This document shows positions 37,001 to 49,709 of a stretch of 64,000 nt of DNA, one piece after another; the stretch's first letter is position 1, and every line of letters starts with the position of its first letter. The DNA lies in contig CM119264.1 of assembly GCA_051294375.1 (NCBI GenBank), forward strand, positions 5,873,621 to 5,937,620, given 5' to 3'. The notes under the pieces are model-generated. The model searched no databases, was not told the DNA's origin, and worked only from the letters and a program-made list of their open reading frames with translations. The position numbers and the translations under genes are program-made. Source of the DNA: Paraspadella gotoi. Taxonomy: Eukaryota; Animalia; Chaetognatha.

Positions 37001-40000
37001 GAGGCGCCTCGGGGTTGGAGCCTTCGAAGACGCCCGTCGGTGCGTCCTTGGAGGCGGAATCCTCCGTCTCCGGTTTGGAGAAGAGAAGAGAGTCGGGGGC
37101 GTTGTTGGGGACGGGGCTGGAGGAGGAGCGAGGACCGAGAAGGGAGCCGGAGGTGAGTGGAGCTGGGGAGTTTGACACGCGACTGGCCGTTGAGCGCTCG
37201 GGAGTCTCCTTACGCCAGGATCGCTCTCGACGCGACGTTGAGCTGAGCGATGACAACAAAAATACATTATTATTAATAAAAAAACGAACGTCATAAAAGA
37301 AAAACTCTCAAACCTCACCCAGCGTTCATCAGCTTACGGACTCCGAAGGAATCCTCGAAGGACGTGTTGGGCGGCCTCTTGGGAGAAGGTTCGGTCGAGG
37401 GAGGAAGGTGAGGGAAACCGGGACCCGGGAAGTGGACGAGGGGATCGAACTGTTGCTTGTGTGGCGCGAAGGAGAAGGGAGCCTTTCGTTGGCGAAGCCT
37501 GAGGGCGAGAAAAAGAGAAAGTGAGAAGATATGTAACAAACGTGACGTGAAAGGCCACAGCCTGCTCCCATCATCACTTGTTAACGTGTTGTTGGAGCTC
37601 CTCCAAGGCGACGTCGAGACCCGCCGCTTTTTTTCTGTTCTTGTTAGAAACGGGCATATCCTCCGAAAGGTCGTAACACTGGTTGGTCGGCACCCAAGCC
37701 CGATCGTGGGCACCGAAAAATCGACAGTCCACCTGACCATTGTGTTCCCGAACGGCCTTAGCCGGCCAAAAGGGGAACCCCTTTAATTTGGCCCATACGA
37801 GAGGGTGTAATCTAAAAATAGAAGGATAAAGAAATGACTACTAATGAGGGTACGCATCGAAATATCTCGACAAACAACAAACAAATAAACATACAAATCA
37901 TACAAGCCAACGATTTTGTCAAAACAGCACGGAGAAACTCGCCTAGAACATGGCTCGACGAACCAGCTGCCGGCCGGGTGTTGAACTGCGTTCAAGTAGC
38001 ACTCAGGACAAACGTCTATTTCTTGCATCTCCACTTTGCAAATCTTCACTATCTGCGGTTGAGAATGCAAAAGGTTTGATTTTAGTAAAGGCGTCAACGC
38101 CCCGTTATATCCCAATGCATTCGACCTGACGGGCGACGCTGGTCAGTTTGTTTGAAGACCCATTGTAGACGATGCAATTGTGAAGAATCCACTTGACATC
38201 GGCGAGGAAGGCCTCCGTCGACCCGTAGACTTTGTTGTTGAGATTTTTTTCGATCGTCCCGAGATCCATCGGGGAAATTATAAAGTCTTTATAATCGGGA
38301 GCCTGGCCGGAGGGGAGGCGCAGTAGGGAAAGTTAGGGAAAAACAAAATATTGGGGCGGGGACGGGAAGTGAGATGAGCTGATGAGATCGACGGATACAC
38401 GCGATAAAAAAAACAGAATTTCGACACAAAGATATAGTTTTATATGATTTATGCTTTATTGAATAGAACTATGTATTACTTTAAATAAGCATTTATGAAT
38501 TTCGGAATATCTTTGTCGATTAAGGTCATTGGGATGTTCCTCAATCCATAAAATAATTTTCGCAAAAAGAATCAATAGATGTATTTCGTATCATTCAGGA
38601 AACTAACTTTTCTTAACAACCGAAAGAACTATCGAAAGATCTGTTGTTCCCGAAGAATGCAGCTGAATTCACTAGTTACGTCTTAAGAACATTCTCGTAA
38701 TTTAGTTTATCAATTCCGATCGAAAATCTACAAAAATGATAAATTAAAACGTATAATCGAATATTCTACCTAATTATCTCGAACCGAAAGCAGGAGAAAA
38801 ACAATAACGATCCTTTACGTTAACTTGCCCGATATGAGCTCTTTGTTGTGCTATATGGCCACAAACGTGGGCGGCACTGGATATCAAATGAATCAACGTT
38901 TTGTGCTTTAAAAATTTATAATTAAGATACTAAATTAGAAGAGGAAAAATTTCAGAGGCACTTCCCACCTGAGTCTCGTCGACAGGCTTCCGAAAAGGCT
39001 CGCTGCCTGGATTCTCCGTCATGCGAGACAGAGCGTAGCGGAGCATCGTGGTCAGCTGATCCATGTTGACGGAGGCCAAGGCCGACGAGCGACTGTCAAT
39101 GCACTCGGCGTCCGTAATACGCTGGCACTCTGAAGCGGTTGGGGGGGGGGTTGGAGTTGTAAAAAAGAAAATTATTCATATTTCTCTCTCTCTCTCTCTC
39201 TCTCTCCACCTGGACAAATCCATTCGCTGGCGTTGGGTTCTTGCGAAAGTCCGAGGCACTTTGGGTGGTAGACTCGAGGGCAGACTTCGCAGCAAACCAT
39301 GTTGCCTTCTTTGTGACATTCCCAGCAGTAGTTGTCGTTCTCTTCCTTGGTCGATGACGAGGAAGACTGAGTCGTGACTGCCGGGGCGCGTAACAAGACC
39401 GGTTTTCTGGGAAATCGAAAGAGAGAGAGAATATACTTAAAAGCTGAGCAAAAAAGGAAGAAAATAATAAAAAAAAACAAAAACAAAAAGACAAAATCTA
39501 TGACGTATGTAAAACGCAGAAAGGAACCCCCACTTCCCCCCCCCAAAAGGGGAGAAATCGAAGATCGCAACATGCAGGACGATACTCACTCTTTTGTCAG
39601 CGTTTTGGGTAAGGCAGCGTCGGTTTTCGTTTTTCTCGAATTAGCATTGAGAGAATTTGGGGCTTTGTCTCTGACGGGCGACGGTTGGCCGACAGTGACG
39701 CCGGAAAAGTGCGCCGCATCTTTCGACTCCGCCGGATGATCAACGACTGGAGCGACATCGGCGACATGAGCGAGGGAATCGTTTTCATCACAGACGGATC
39801 CGACGTTGTCCTCGACGGCGTCATAGTTTTCTTCTTCTTCTTCCTCTTCTTCATCCTCGTTATCATCGTCGTCGTTGTCGTCCCCCAACGTGTCGCAAGT
39901 GGACCCGCCGTCGTCCTCGGCCGTCTCCGTCGACTCGGACTGCGACACGAGGATCGGGGCGAGCTCCTTCCCGTCATCCTCAACGGCGTCGTCATCAATT

Positions 40001-40491
40001 CCTTCCGACGCCAGCGTGGCGTCCCCCTCGACGTCCACCACTCCTGATTCTGCCTCTTCATCCTCCTCCCCATCGTTCTCCGCCGGAGCGGGATCGGAAA
40101 CGTCCGCCATGACAGCGTCGCTGCCGGGGAATTCGTCAGAATCGTTCAGAATAGGTTCTTCGTCTTCGTCTTTGGAATCTTCGAGAATTCTCTCATCCTC
40201 CTCCACCTCTTCTACCTCGTCTCCATCCTCCAAGACCTCCCCGACCCGCCCGGCTCGGTCCTCCGCCTCGCTGTCCCCGTCCTTGATCTCCCCTTCCTCC
40301 CTCTCCTCCTCTTCCGTCATCAAGAGTTTGTCCTCCTCCTCTTTGGAGAAATCCTCGAACTCGATTCCGTCCTCGACGTCGAGCCCGTCCTCCTCGTCCT
40401 CCATCGAGGTCGGCGGGCAACGGCGCCCGCCCTTATCGTCCTCCATCGAGGAAGGCGGGCAACGGCGCCCGCCCTTCTCACCCGCGTTCAT
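34053..40491 (-). CDS. ZMYND8: ZMYND8/PRKCBP1-like chromatin reader (PHD-bromodomain-PWWP-MYND), multi-exon; exact 3' end uncertain
   Basis: [31 protein letters not shown]. Bromodomain EPFRKPVD...[10 protein letters not shown]...[85 protein letters not shown]. Confidence 0.92.
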
Positions 40492-40908
40492 TCCGCTCGT
40501 CGTTGGATCGGGACAGAGGCGGACGTCCTTCCCGGCATTTACGAGTCGGTAAGGAAAAAGATGTTTTATTAATTACGTATAACTAAAAAAAAAGAATATA
40601 GCAAGTAAAGCGGGACTAGTTAGTTTATTGCACTTAAAATTCCCCAAAAAGTGCAATAAATAAGAAAGAAAAATCACTGTCGATAGGAAAAAAAGGAATT
40701 TAATAATTAAAAACTCGACTTAATTATCATCCATCTAAAGCGATCACAGCTGATTTTTAAAAAAAATAAACATACGCTCCGTGAAAATATAACAGTACCA
40801 AAAAATATCCCATTCACCCTTTCACCATAGAAATAGAAAAATTAAAAATTAAAAACGAATTAGTTTTTGAAAGCCTTTCGACTTCCGGCCAACCATCGGA
40901 AAGTCGGT

Positions 40909-41272
40909 TCAGGAGGCCAGCCCGACATATTTGACTTCCTTGCCCGACTTTTTCAGCGCGGCCATCATCTCATCTACGGACATACTGCTCGACGTAATCT
41001 TCACCTCTTGGTTTACGAGATCGACGGCGAAATCCTCGAGTTTCTCTCCTGAGAAACGGAAGTTTTCATGCTACATTATTTTTCTTATAAAAGTTATTAT
41101 TATATCTAGTTCTAAATGTTACTTTTATTTTTTATCAACTTAACAGCGATAAGTAAAATGACTAAAAAAAATACTAAATAGGCTAACCTTTGAACTTATT
41201 GAGAATTCGCTCAACAGCGCCCGAGCATCCTCCGCAAGTCATCGCGACGTTAAACAAGTGTGTTTGAGACAT
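40909..41272 (-). CDS. ATOX1: Copper chaperone ATOX1 (2 exons; absent from the ORF track)
   Basis: Exons 41272-41188 and 41048-40909 give MSQTHLFNVAMTCGGCSGAVERILNKFKGEKLEDFAVDLVNQEVKITSSSMSVDEMMAALKKSGKEVKYVGLAS*, with the MTCxxC metal site and the KKxGK motif. Confidence 0.95.
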
Positions 41273-41389
41273 ATTAGGGAATAAAGATTTTAATCTAAAA
41301 AAAAAAAAAAATTTCAGATTCACAGTAGAAACATATAAAAAATATTTCGTAATAAAAAAAGAAGTTGGAGAAATGACTTCTCTCGGTCA

Positions 41390-44300
41390 TCAGCGTCTCG
41401 ATCGCTTCGTAGGAAGCGAAGTGATAAAATCGTCGTCCTGTTTGACTTTTCTCGCTCTGCCCGATTGTCGGACGGGAGTGACCACGGGAACGGGCGAGTT
41501 CTCTTTTCTAGCCTTCGGTCGGCCGAGTTTGTTTTTGGAGTCGATGGGCGCCGCGTCAGCCCCCGCGTCAGCATCACGGACGGCTGAAGAAGGTCTTTCC
41601 GCGATGGCCGAAGAATGCTCGGCGTCGGGGGGGATTTGTGATTCGATCGACGAACAGAGTTCCGGGTTGGGGGTAATCGGATGAGGTCGAAAAGCTCCGG
41701 CTTCGGACTCGAGATTTGATTGTGGACTAGTTGAGTGTTTCTCCTCGGCAGAGATCGGCTCATTTTCAGTCGGGTTATCTTCCCTCGTCAAAACTTGTTC
41801 AAAATGAAGATCTTCCGCGGCAATCGGAGCGGATCCTTCCTTCGCGGGGAGATTCAATTGCGAATGAGAGGATTCGTCATTAGCAGCGCCGGTCGAGGAT
41901 TCGCTTTTTAAATGGACGAAGCTTTCTCCCTTGGTATCGGTGTGCATTGGCCCTTCGTCTTCGCGGACAAGAAGCAACGACTCTGATTCATTTGAATATT
42001 TTTTATCCGGTGAGTTTTGTCCCAGTAGAGCGTCATCGGCCAAATTACAATCCTCCGGTAATCGCGAGAAATGGTCGTGACGTTCTTCGTTCAACGAAAC
42101 ATTATCAGAATCGGAAGTAACTTCCATTTTAGAACCCTCCACTTGCCCCGGGCGACAGAAAGATCCCACATTAGGTGAAACTCGTTGATTTTGTGACTCG
42201 TATTCAGGAGGATTCTCTTCAACGTTCTCCCTGACGATCTCGAACTGTGTCTGTGAAGAAGTCGCTTTACACTCGGAAAAATCAATTTTAGATTTAGGTA
42301 AGCAGCTCGTTTGAACCTCTGCCGAATCTTTTTGAAAGGATTCGACTCTCGATTGGTCGATACTGGCACCTTCACTGACAGTCGTTTCAATGGAGGAAAA
42401 ATGAGAAGGATTTTCGAAATCGCCGAACTCATTCTCTTCATTTCTCGAAAAGTTTTCATTGCAAAAAGATTCGACTGGTTTTTGCATCAAAGCCTCGCCT
42501 TCCGCAACGACGGGCGGCCTCTCGGCGAGTTCATTTGCTTCTTCCTCTAAGGACGGCTTCTCATGGAGTTTGTTTTTTTCCGGGTCTTCTTCTATCAATG
42601 AAGACCTGTCTTTGTAATCCTTGATTACCGAAATCGGCGGTTCCTCATTACAATTATCATTATCACAGGCATCGACGATTTTTTTATTATTTTGAATCAA
42701 TTCTTTCGACAGAGATGAGTCAGAATCTGCCTCTCTTTCATGAATATTTTTGTCGCTATCACTCACTTGGATGATATTTTTTTGGCCGATTGATTTGTCA
42801 AAGTTCATGACTGTGGGTTCGACAATGGTCACTGCTTCGGAGATTTCGCTTTTTTTAGTGTTAGACCCAGGATTTGTTAAGACGACTTCTTGACAGATCC
42901 GAAAATTAATTCCCGTTCTATCAAATTTTTCATTTTCTTCTACTTTTAAATCGTTACTTTCTAAAGATTGGCTCGAGATGTTTAAATCTTTCTCGACAGA
43001 TTCACAAGAATCCCTCGTTAACGAATTCTGAAGCTCCGTCTTGGAGACTTCTCCTTCGTCATAGTCGACTGCGGAGACGTTAATGCCTGCCTCGTTGGAG
43101 ACTTCATTTTCGACTCGCAATGAAACTTTAATGTTGGGAAATTTTTTATCAGTTTCGTCTTCGGAAATATTTTGTCCCATTTTCTGATTCTTTTCTACCG
43201 ACTTTTCTTCCTCCTCCTCCTTCTCCGATTTAACTTCGCCCAGACCTATTTCCATTTCATTTTTCTTTTCATCTGATTCTTCGGCCTGGCCGCTCGTCTC
43301 TCTCTGTCGTTCGGCTTCTTCGGCAAGAATGGAGGCGGGACTTTTAGGAATCTTACAGGACTCGGAATTTTTCTCCTCGAATAGTCGGGGTTCTCCGTAC
43401 AAGACTTTCGCCCGCTTCAAAATCCCGCTGAGTGCCATGCGGTATTTGACGGAACCAATGGTCTCTTCTTCACTGGCCGAGGATTCTACCTCGCCCTCGC
43501 TCGCCGCAGACGGTTCTTCCGCCTCGTCCTCATTCGTCTTAGTCTCTTCCTCCCTTTCTTCTCCTTCTTCGGGCTTCTGGTGAATGATCCCCTCCTCCTC
43601 TCCCGTCCATTCCTCGTCGACTTCCCCGTCCTCCCAACATTCGTCGTCGGACACGATCTCCTCCACCTGAGGCTCCTCCTCCTCCGCAGCAGTTTCGGGC
43701 GTCAAACTGCGACGCCTCTTCCACAGATTGGATTGTTCGTCGAGCACTTTGACCGGCTTTCGGACTATTAACTGTTTCTCGACGTAAGTGGCGAAGTCGA
43801 CGATGACATCCCGGCGTAGAAGCGGGTCGGGTTCCGGCTTTTCCTTCGGAGAATCGCGCGCAGTGGGCGAGATGCTCTTTCTCCGCCGATAAAAGATTCG
43901 GCGGTCGTCGTCCGGCAACGGTTTTCTTCTATCCGTGATTTTCTTGACGGGCGAGGATTCTGGTTCCGAGGAAAGAGGATACTTGCCTTCCCTCGCCGCC
44001 CTCCGACGGTCGCGCTCCTCCATCCAGAGCCTGTGTTGTCGCTTCTGTTCGTCGGTGTCATCTTCGGACCGCTTCACGTAGAGAATGCCAGTCTCTTCGC
44101 TCTCAAAAGGCGGAGGAGGAAGAGGAGGCGGTGGAGCAGTCGCCTTTTCAACCGCATCTTTTGCATCATTTTTTTTATCGTCATCATCTTCATCTTCGTC
44201 GTCGTCCTCTATTTCTCCTTCGCTCACTTCTCGAGACGACGGTTTCGTTCCTTGAGAAGAATCTTTAACCGGAGATTCCTCATCTTCGTCGGAAGAGGAA

Positions 44301-47300
44301 GACGAAGACGACGAAGAGGAGGACGAGGAAGAAGAGGAATCTTCATCGGACTCTTTTTTAGACTTCGGTGTCGTCGGCTTAGGACGTTCAATCGAAATTA
44401 GTTTGCCCAACTCCTCGTCCCCGCTTGAGATGTCCTCCAAATTGGAGGAGCGACCCTCATCGCTCAACATTGACCCGCGAGGAGACAATCCCGGCGGCGG
44501 CATTGGCATCGGCGGTGGAGGCACCGAGGGTAGCGCTGGTGCCAAAGGCGCTCGCTTTTTCGGCGGCGAGGCCGAGCGACGTCGATCGGCGGGGGATAGA
44601 GATCTTTTGCGCTTTGGCGCCTGCGGTGAGGGCGTTCTCCGCTTGTAGAGCGGCCGCGGGGAAGGCGTTCGCCGCCGGGGTCGGGACGGAGACGAGGTAG
44701 CACCTTTTATCGTCGGATCATCTCTAGGCGAGGGCGGGCGCCCGGCATGGCGATACCGGGATTGCGGCGACGGAGTACGGGGTTGCGTTCTTTCTTTACT
44801 TTGAGAAGGATATTCTTTTTCGTGAGTGTGGTATTCCTTTTCGCGAGCGGGGTATTCCTTTTCGCGAGCGGGGTATTCCTTTTCGCGAGCGGGGTATTCC
44901 TTTTCGCGAGCGGTGTATTCCTTTTCGCGAGTGGGGTATTCTTTTTCGCGAGGAACATACTTCTTATCGCGAGTGCTTAATTCTTTTTCCCTAGAAGCAT
45001 AATCCTTTTCACGATGATAATAATACTCTTTCTCTCTGGCGCCGTAATCCTTTTCGCGATGCGGGTATTCTTTCAGCTGGGCATAGTCTTTCTCTCGTGT
45101 GACGAAATCATCGCGGAGAATCGTGGGAGGAGTAGAGGGGCGTTTTGACGGACTAGGCGACCCGCCTCTCCGATGCCCCAGAGGATAATCTCTTCCTCCG
45201 GAAGAGGAGAGGGAAGGGCCGAGAGGCGCGGGCGGCGATCCTTTATCGGCCTGAAACATCCTGGCCTTGTCCACCAAGTTGCTGCGGACGATTCGGGCCA
45301 AAGGATCGCGATCCCGTTTCCGCGCATCCTCGTCGTCGGCCTCCATTCTTGATGATTCTTTATAGGGCGACGATCCATGGGTACGTTGAAGCTTTTCTCG
45401 CCGATCTCGCTCCGACGGTAATTCGCCGGTGCTCTTGATGGCAGGGCGGGGCGACGCGGATGGGCGGATGACTTTTTCCTCCCGTTGTGATGGCGGCGTT
45501 TGCACGCTCTGACGAGGCGGAGTAAATGCTTCAGAGTTGGACTTTGTCTCCGCATCAACTCGGCGTCGATCGATTTCGCCGGGAACAAAGAGCGGCGCTG
45601 AAAGTTTCTTCGGCGTTGGCGAACGCGACTTGGTTCGGCTGCGCGATCTGAGTTCTGGGGTCCCCGGCGGAGTCCGCGGTCCGGACACCGATGATGAGGG
45701 CGGTGGTGTTCGAGGGCCTTCGCGAGAGCGGGAGAAAACTCTCGCCGGGATTCTCGGCGGCGTTTTGGGTGGCGTTTTCGATCCTTTAGTTGTGACGAGA
45801 GGCGAGATCTTGGGAGATTCTCGCGATCGAGACTCCAGGCTCCGGCCGATGCTTTTCTCTAAGTCGGAATCGACTGCTTCATCAGTTGATTCGTCGTCTA
45901 TGATGTATCGATCATCGAGAAAAGAATGCCGAGAGGATTTGTCATTGAAGATTGTCTCGAAGGCACCGTTGTCGTACCTCTGGTTGCGCTGCCTCGATCT
46001 TCTCAGCACCATCCTTTCCATGATCTTCTGCTCCCTAACTTCCGTCTTTTTCTCTGCCTTACTCTTTTTCGGCGATCGCTCGCTGTTTCGCGACGTGGAG
46101 CTGGCAGAATCGGCGTTCTCCTGCGTTCCGCCGCTCGATTCCAACGCGCGTTGACGGCGACGCTCCTCCAACTCCTCTCGTCTCTTCTTCCTCCTCAACG
46201 CCCGCTCCTCCTTTTCCTTTGGCTTCAATTTGATCTTGTCCCTGCGTGTCTTGGTCGAGGCGACGCTACCGCTGGCGTCCTCGTAATCGTCGTCGCTGCC
46301 GCCTTCCGAATCTCGTCGAGGCTTCTTCCGATTCAAAACTTTCCTCCTCTCTCCTTCTCTCATTCCTCTTCTTTCCCCTCTGCCCTCCTCATCCTCGTCC
46401 TCTTCCGTAAAGTCGCTCAACGAGAGATCGGACGTGTGAACGCTGGAGACGCTAATTTCGCTCATGAACTCGCTCAGGTCGTCCTCGGACATATTCTCCC
46501 AAGCGAATTTATATTCCTTGTGCGACGGGGCGAAAGCGGACAATTCATTTCTCTCATCCTTGGGTAGCGCTTCCAGCTCGGTCTTCCTACATTCCCTCGC
46601 GGCAAAACAGTCGACTTTTAGGTTGGACTCTATTTCTTCTTTCAAAGTTCCCCTCTCAGTGGTCGTTTTAACCAAGCCGACTTTTACATCCGGCTCTTTA
46701 GCTTTTACTGCGTCTATCTCAGCTTTGACCGCTGAGGATGGCGCCGGACTGCCATCTTTGTTCTCGGAGTTTTCAGCCGGTGGCATTGGCGCCGTTTCAG
46801 GTTCAGGAGGCAACGGAGCATCCGGTGCGGGAGGAGGTCCAGAAGGCGGTACAGAAGGCGGTCCAGAAGGTGGCCCGGAATGTGGCCCGGAAGCCGGCCA
46901 AGCACCCCAAAGACCCCAGGCGCCGGGCATCTGGGGTGGCATGCCTGGGACCCAGGGAGTCATGCCTGGAGGGTACATGCCCCAAGTTGGAGGCATGGAA
47001 TAAGGATATCCAGAATAGCCTGGTTGGCTCGGCAGGGGAGGGGCTCCCGAGGGGGGAGGAGGAATTGAATCAAGAGAGAGGTTCGGGGGAACAGGGGGCG
47101 GGGGCGGCAATGGAGGAACATGGCCAGGTGGTGGCGGGGCGTCTAACGGACCATACGCGCCGGGCGGCGGCCCGGTGGGTGGAATTAACGTCCCAGTGGG
47201 AGCAGAAGAAAGATTTGAAGTCGGCGGTGGAGGGCCGCAATCGAGGCCAAGAAACTCATAGGTGATCTCTTTGATTTTTGGTCGGAAGACAGTTGCTTTT

Positions 47301-47722
47301 TTGGGCTGAATGACTTGGTCGATCACCCTCTCCACGCCCGTTTGCAGGAAAGTCTGGAGATTGAGAGCGCGGCGAAGTGAATCCCGCACGGCGTTCTTGT
47401 TCATCCCTGGCTCCCATTTCTGCTTCGCCAAATGGTCTTGAACGAAGTTCTCCACGCGTTGTCGAAGATTCTTGCACGAAGATTAAACAGTGGTTGAAAA
47501 AATAACATGGAAGACTAAGTTCGAGACATCTTTTACTTTATTGCCTAAAAAAGTTTTAATGACAGAAATTGACACCTGATAGGCCGGTTTCGTATCCACG
47601 TCGGAGATCAATTCCCTCCTCAGTTCATCAAAGGTCCCTTGAGCTTTAACATGATCGATTATGGCCTGAACCAGTTTCGGGTCGCCAGGAGGAAGAGCGG
47701 AATAGTCTACCGTCGCCGTCAT
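41390..47722 (-). CDS. BOD1L1: BOD1/BOD1L1-like protein (Shg1/BOD1 domain plus ~2000 aa low-complexity tail)
   Basis: Exon 1 47722-47576 (LPPGDPKLVQAIIDHVKAQGTFDELRRELISDVDTKPAYQ) joins exon 2 47470-41390 (NLRQRVENFV...KWEPGMNKNAVRDSLR...GVERVIDQVIQPK). Also SEISVSSVHTSDLS. Confidence 0.9.
44810..45100 (-). repeat. Coding 21-bp tandem repeat (REKEYPA heptads) in BOD1L
   Basis: Repeated ggggtattccttttcgcgagc units translate to REK(E/D)Y(P/T/A)x. Confidence 0.9.
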
Positions 47723-47869
47723 TGTTTTCTGGTCCCAAAAAATGGAAAATACAAGATAACAAATACAACCGGGAAGAAAGAAAAGCTAAAAAACGGCATT
47801 GAGAAACAAACGATAGGATGAAATGATATTTTTTTTTAGTTTATATTGAGAACATACAGAAAAACAGCG

Positions 47870-49648
47870 TCAGTTAAGATCGTCGTCGCTATAATCGCTC
47901 CATGTATCCGAGTAGGCTTCGACACCACTCTTCTTAGGGTCTTCATCTTCTTGCTCCACATTCAACCGAGTTTGGCGCTCCATATGCTCCATAAACGACG
48001 GCTCTCGATCGCTCGCCGCGCTCGTCCACACAACCAAATTTCGATCGTTGCCTCCCGAATACAATTCGTGATACCAAGGATGCAGCGCGACGAAATTGAC
48101 ACACTGAAAGTGACCTCGCAAACCGGCATCAATTCCGGCCTCCTGACCCGGCGAAAGTTTGGCGCCGGTGTAAACGTCAAAAACTCGTATGTCGTCACCC
48201 GATGGACAAAAAACGGCGCTCCGTAGGCCGGCGTCGAGTATTACCATCGAGGACTTTCGGTCGTTGTTGATCTGAGGGACGTCGCCGAAAAAGGCGGCTC
48301 GGTCGAGGCGCCCAGAGCGAGCGTCCCACAGGCGCATCGCGGCGTCGACTCCGAGAGAAAGGATGTGATGCCCGTCGGGGGTAAAACGGACGCACTTGAC
48401 GCAACCGCGATGGGCGTGGGCGTTCGTGGAGGCCCTTAGAAAAGAGACAGCAATTTAGTTAATACCAAAGTGGGAGTGAAAGAGAAAGTTTTAATCGACT
48501 TTAGCTATCCTGTGGTTTTCTATACCTTCTTTTCCAGTTGTCTTCGCCGCTCGACAAATCGAGGCAGAACAAGACGCTTTTGGCACGGCGAATGTCCCAG
48601 ATCAGAATTCGACGGTCTTGGCTTGCTGAGGCGAGGCGGTACTGATCTCGAGGAGACCAATTCAGGGAGAGCACTGGACCTTCGTGTCCTTTTAAAATGT
48701 GGGAGGCAGAGCCGGTCTAAATATAAAGGAAGATAATACGTCCTCCAATAACTTGGACTTTTTTTGCCGTTTAAAAATGTGACCCTCCCTTCAATAAAAG
48801 CCTAACCTTCATGTCAAAAATGTGACCCTCCCTTCAATAAAAGCCTAACCTTCATGTCAAAAATGTGACCCTCCCTTCAATAAAAGCCTAACCTTCATGT
48901 CAAAAATGTGACCCTCCCTTCAATAAAAGCCTAACCTTCATGTCAAAAATGTGACCCTCCCTTCAATAAAAGCCTAACCTTCATGTCAAAAATGTGACCC
49001 TCCCTTCAATAAAAGCCTAACCTTCATGTCAACCAGCTTGATGCGCGAGGAGGAGGTGGCGACAGCGATGAGACAGGAGTTTCCGGCGACAGAAGACACG
49101 TCGTGATCATTAACCGTCGTTGAGAAATGAAATTCGTCGACCGGCGTCACGGCGTTCGCGTCCCAAATCTTGAGCGTTTTGTCGCATCCGCTCGTCAGGA
49201 ACATCCCCGTGTCGAAGGGGTACCACGAAGCAGTCTCGACGCTGTAGGCGTGAGCAACATCGGGTTTGGAACGCTTGTCCACCACCAGGACCGACTTATA
49301 GCTCGAGAAGATCTCGCCGTCCGGGTGAACAGAGTCTGAGACGTCGTGAATCGCCACCGTGCCGTCGACGCCGCCTATACGTAGATAAAAACAAAATAAG
49401 AAATTTTAAATTTTAAAAACAAAAATCCATTTAACGTTCCCCTCGCCTCGGGCATTACCTGAAATGAAGTAACGACACTCGGTCGGATCAACCGATCCGC
49501 ACACGACAGGCGTCCTATGCACGGGTTCGAACCCCTTGTATTTTGCCAAGTCTAACGAGGTCGCCCGCCTGTCCGCTTCCATCGTCTCAAATAGGACGGG
49601 CGTCTTTGCCAGAGAACCACATTCTCGATCTCTTAGCCGTCTCAGCAT
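47870..49648 (-). CDS. ERCC8: DNA excision repair protein ERCC-8 (CSA), WD40, 4 exons
   Basis: Exons ~49648-49459, 49374-49022, 48716-48526, 48435-47870. Motifs RYFISGGVDG, AHAYSVETASWYPFDTGMFLTSGCDKTLKIWD, DMKTGSASHILKGH, IWDIRRA, LRGHFQCVN...ELYSGGNDRNLVVW and C-terminal DTWSD. Confidence 0.93.
48773..49030. repeat. Perfect 6 x 43-bp tandem repeat spanning an ERCC8 exon/intron junction
   Basis: Unit aaaaatgtgaccctcccttcaataaaagcctaaccttcatgtc starts at 48773, 48816, 48859, 48902, 48945 and 48988. Confidence 0.95.
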
Positions 49649-49709
49649 CTTTCTCAGAATCGGTTAATGACTTTCAAAGAAAATCACGGATCCATCGCCG
49701 ACGTCTTGG

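Noticed and set aside
48773-49030. Possible CRISPR array
   Set aside because: The units are head-to-tail with no spacers, and the context is a eukaryotic intron.
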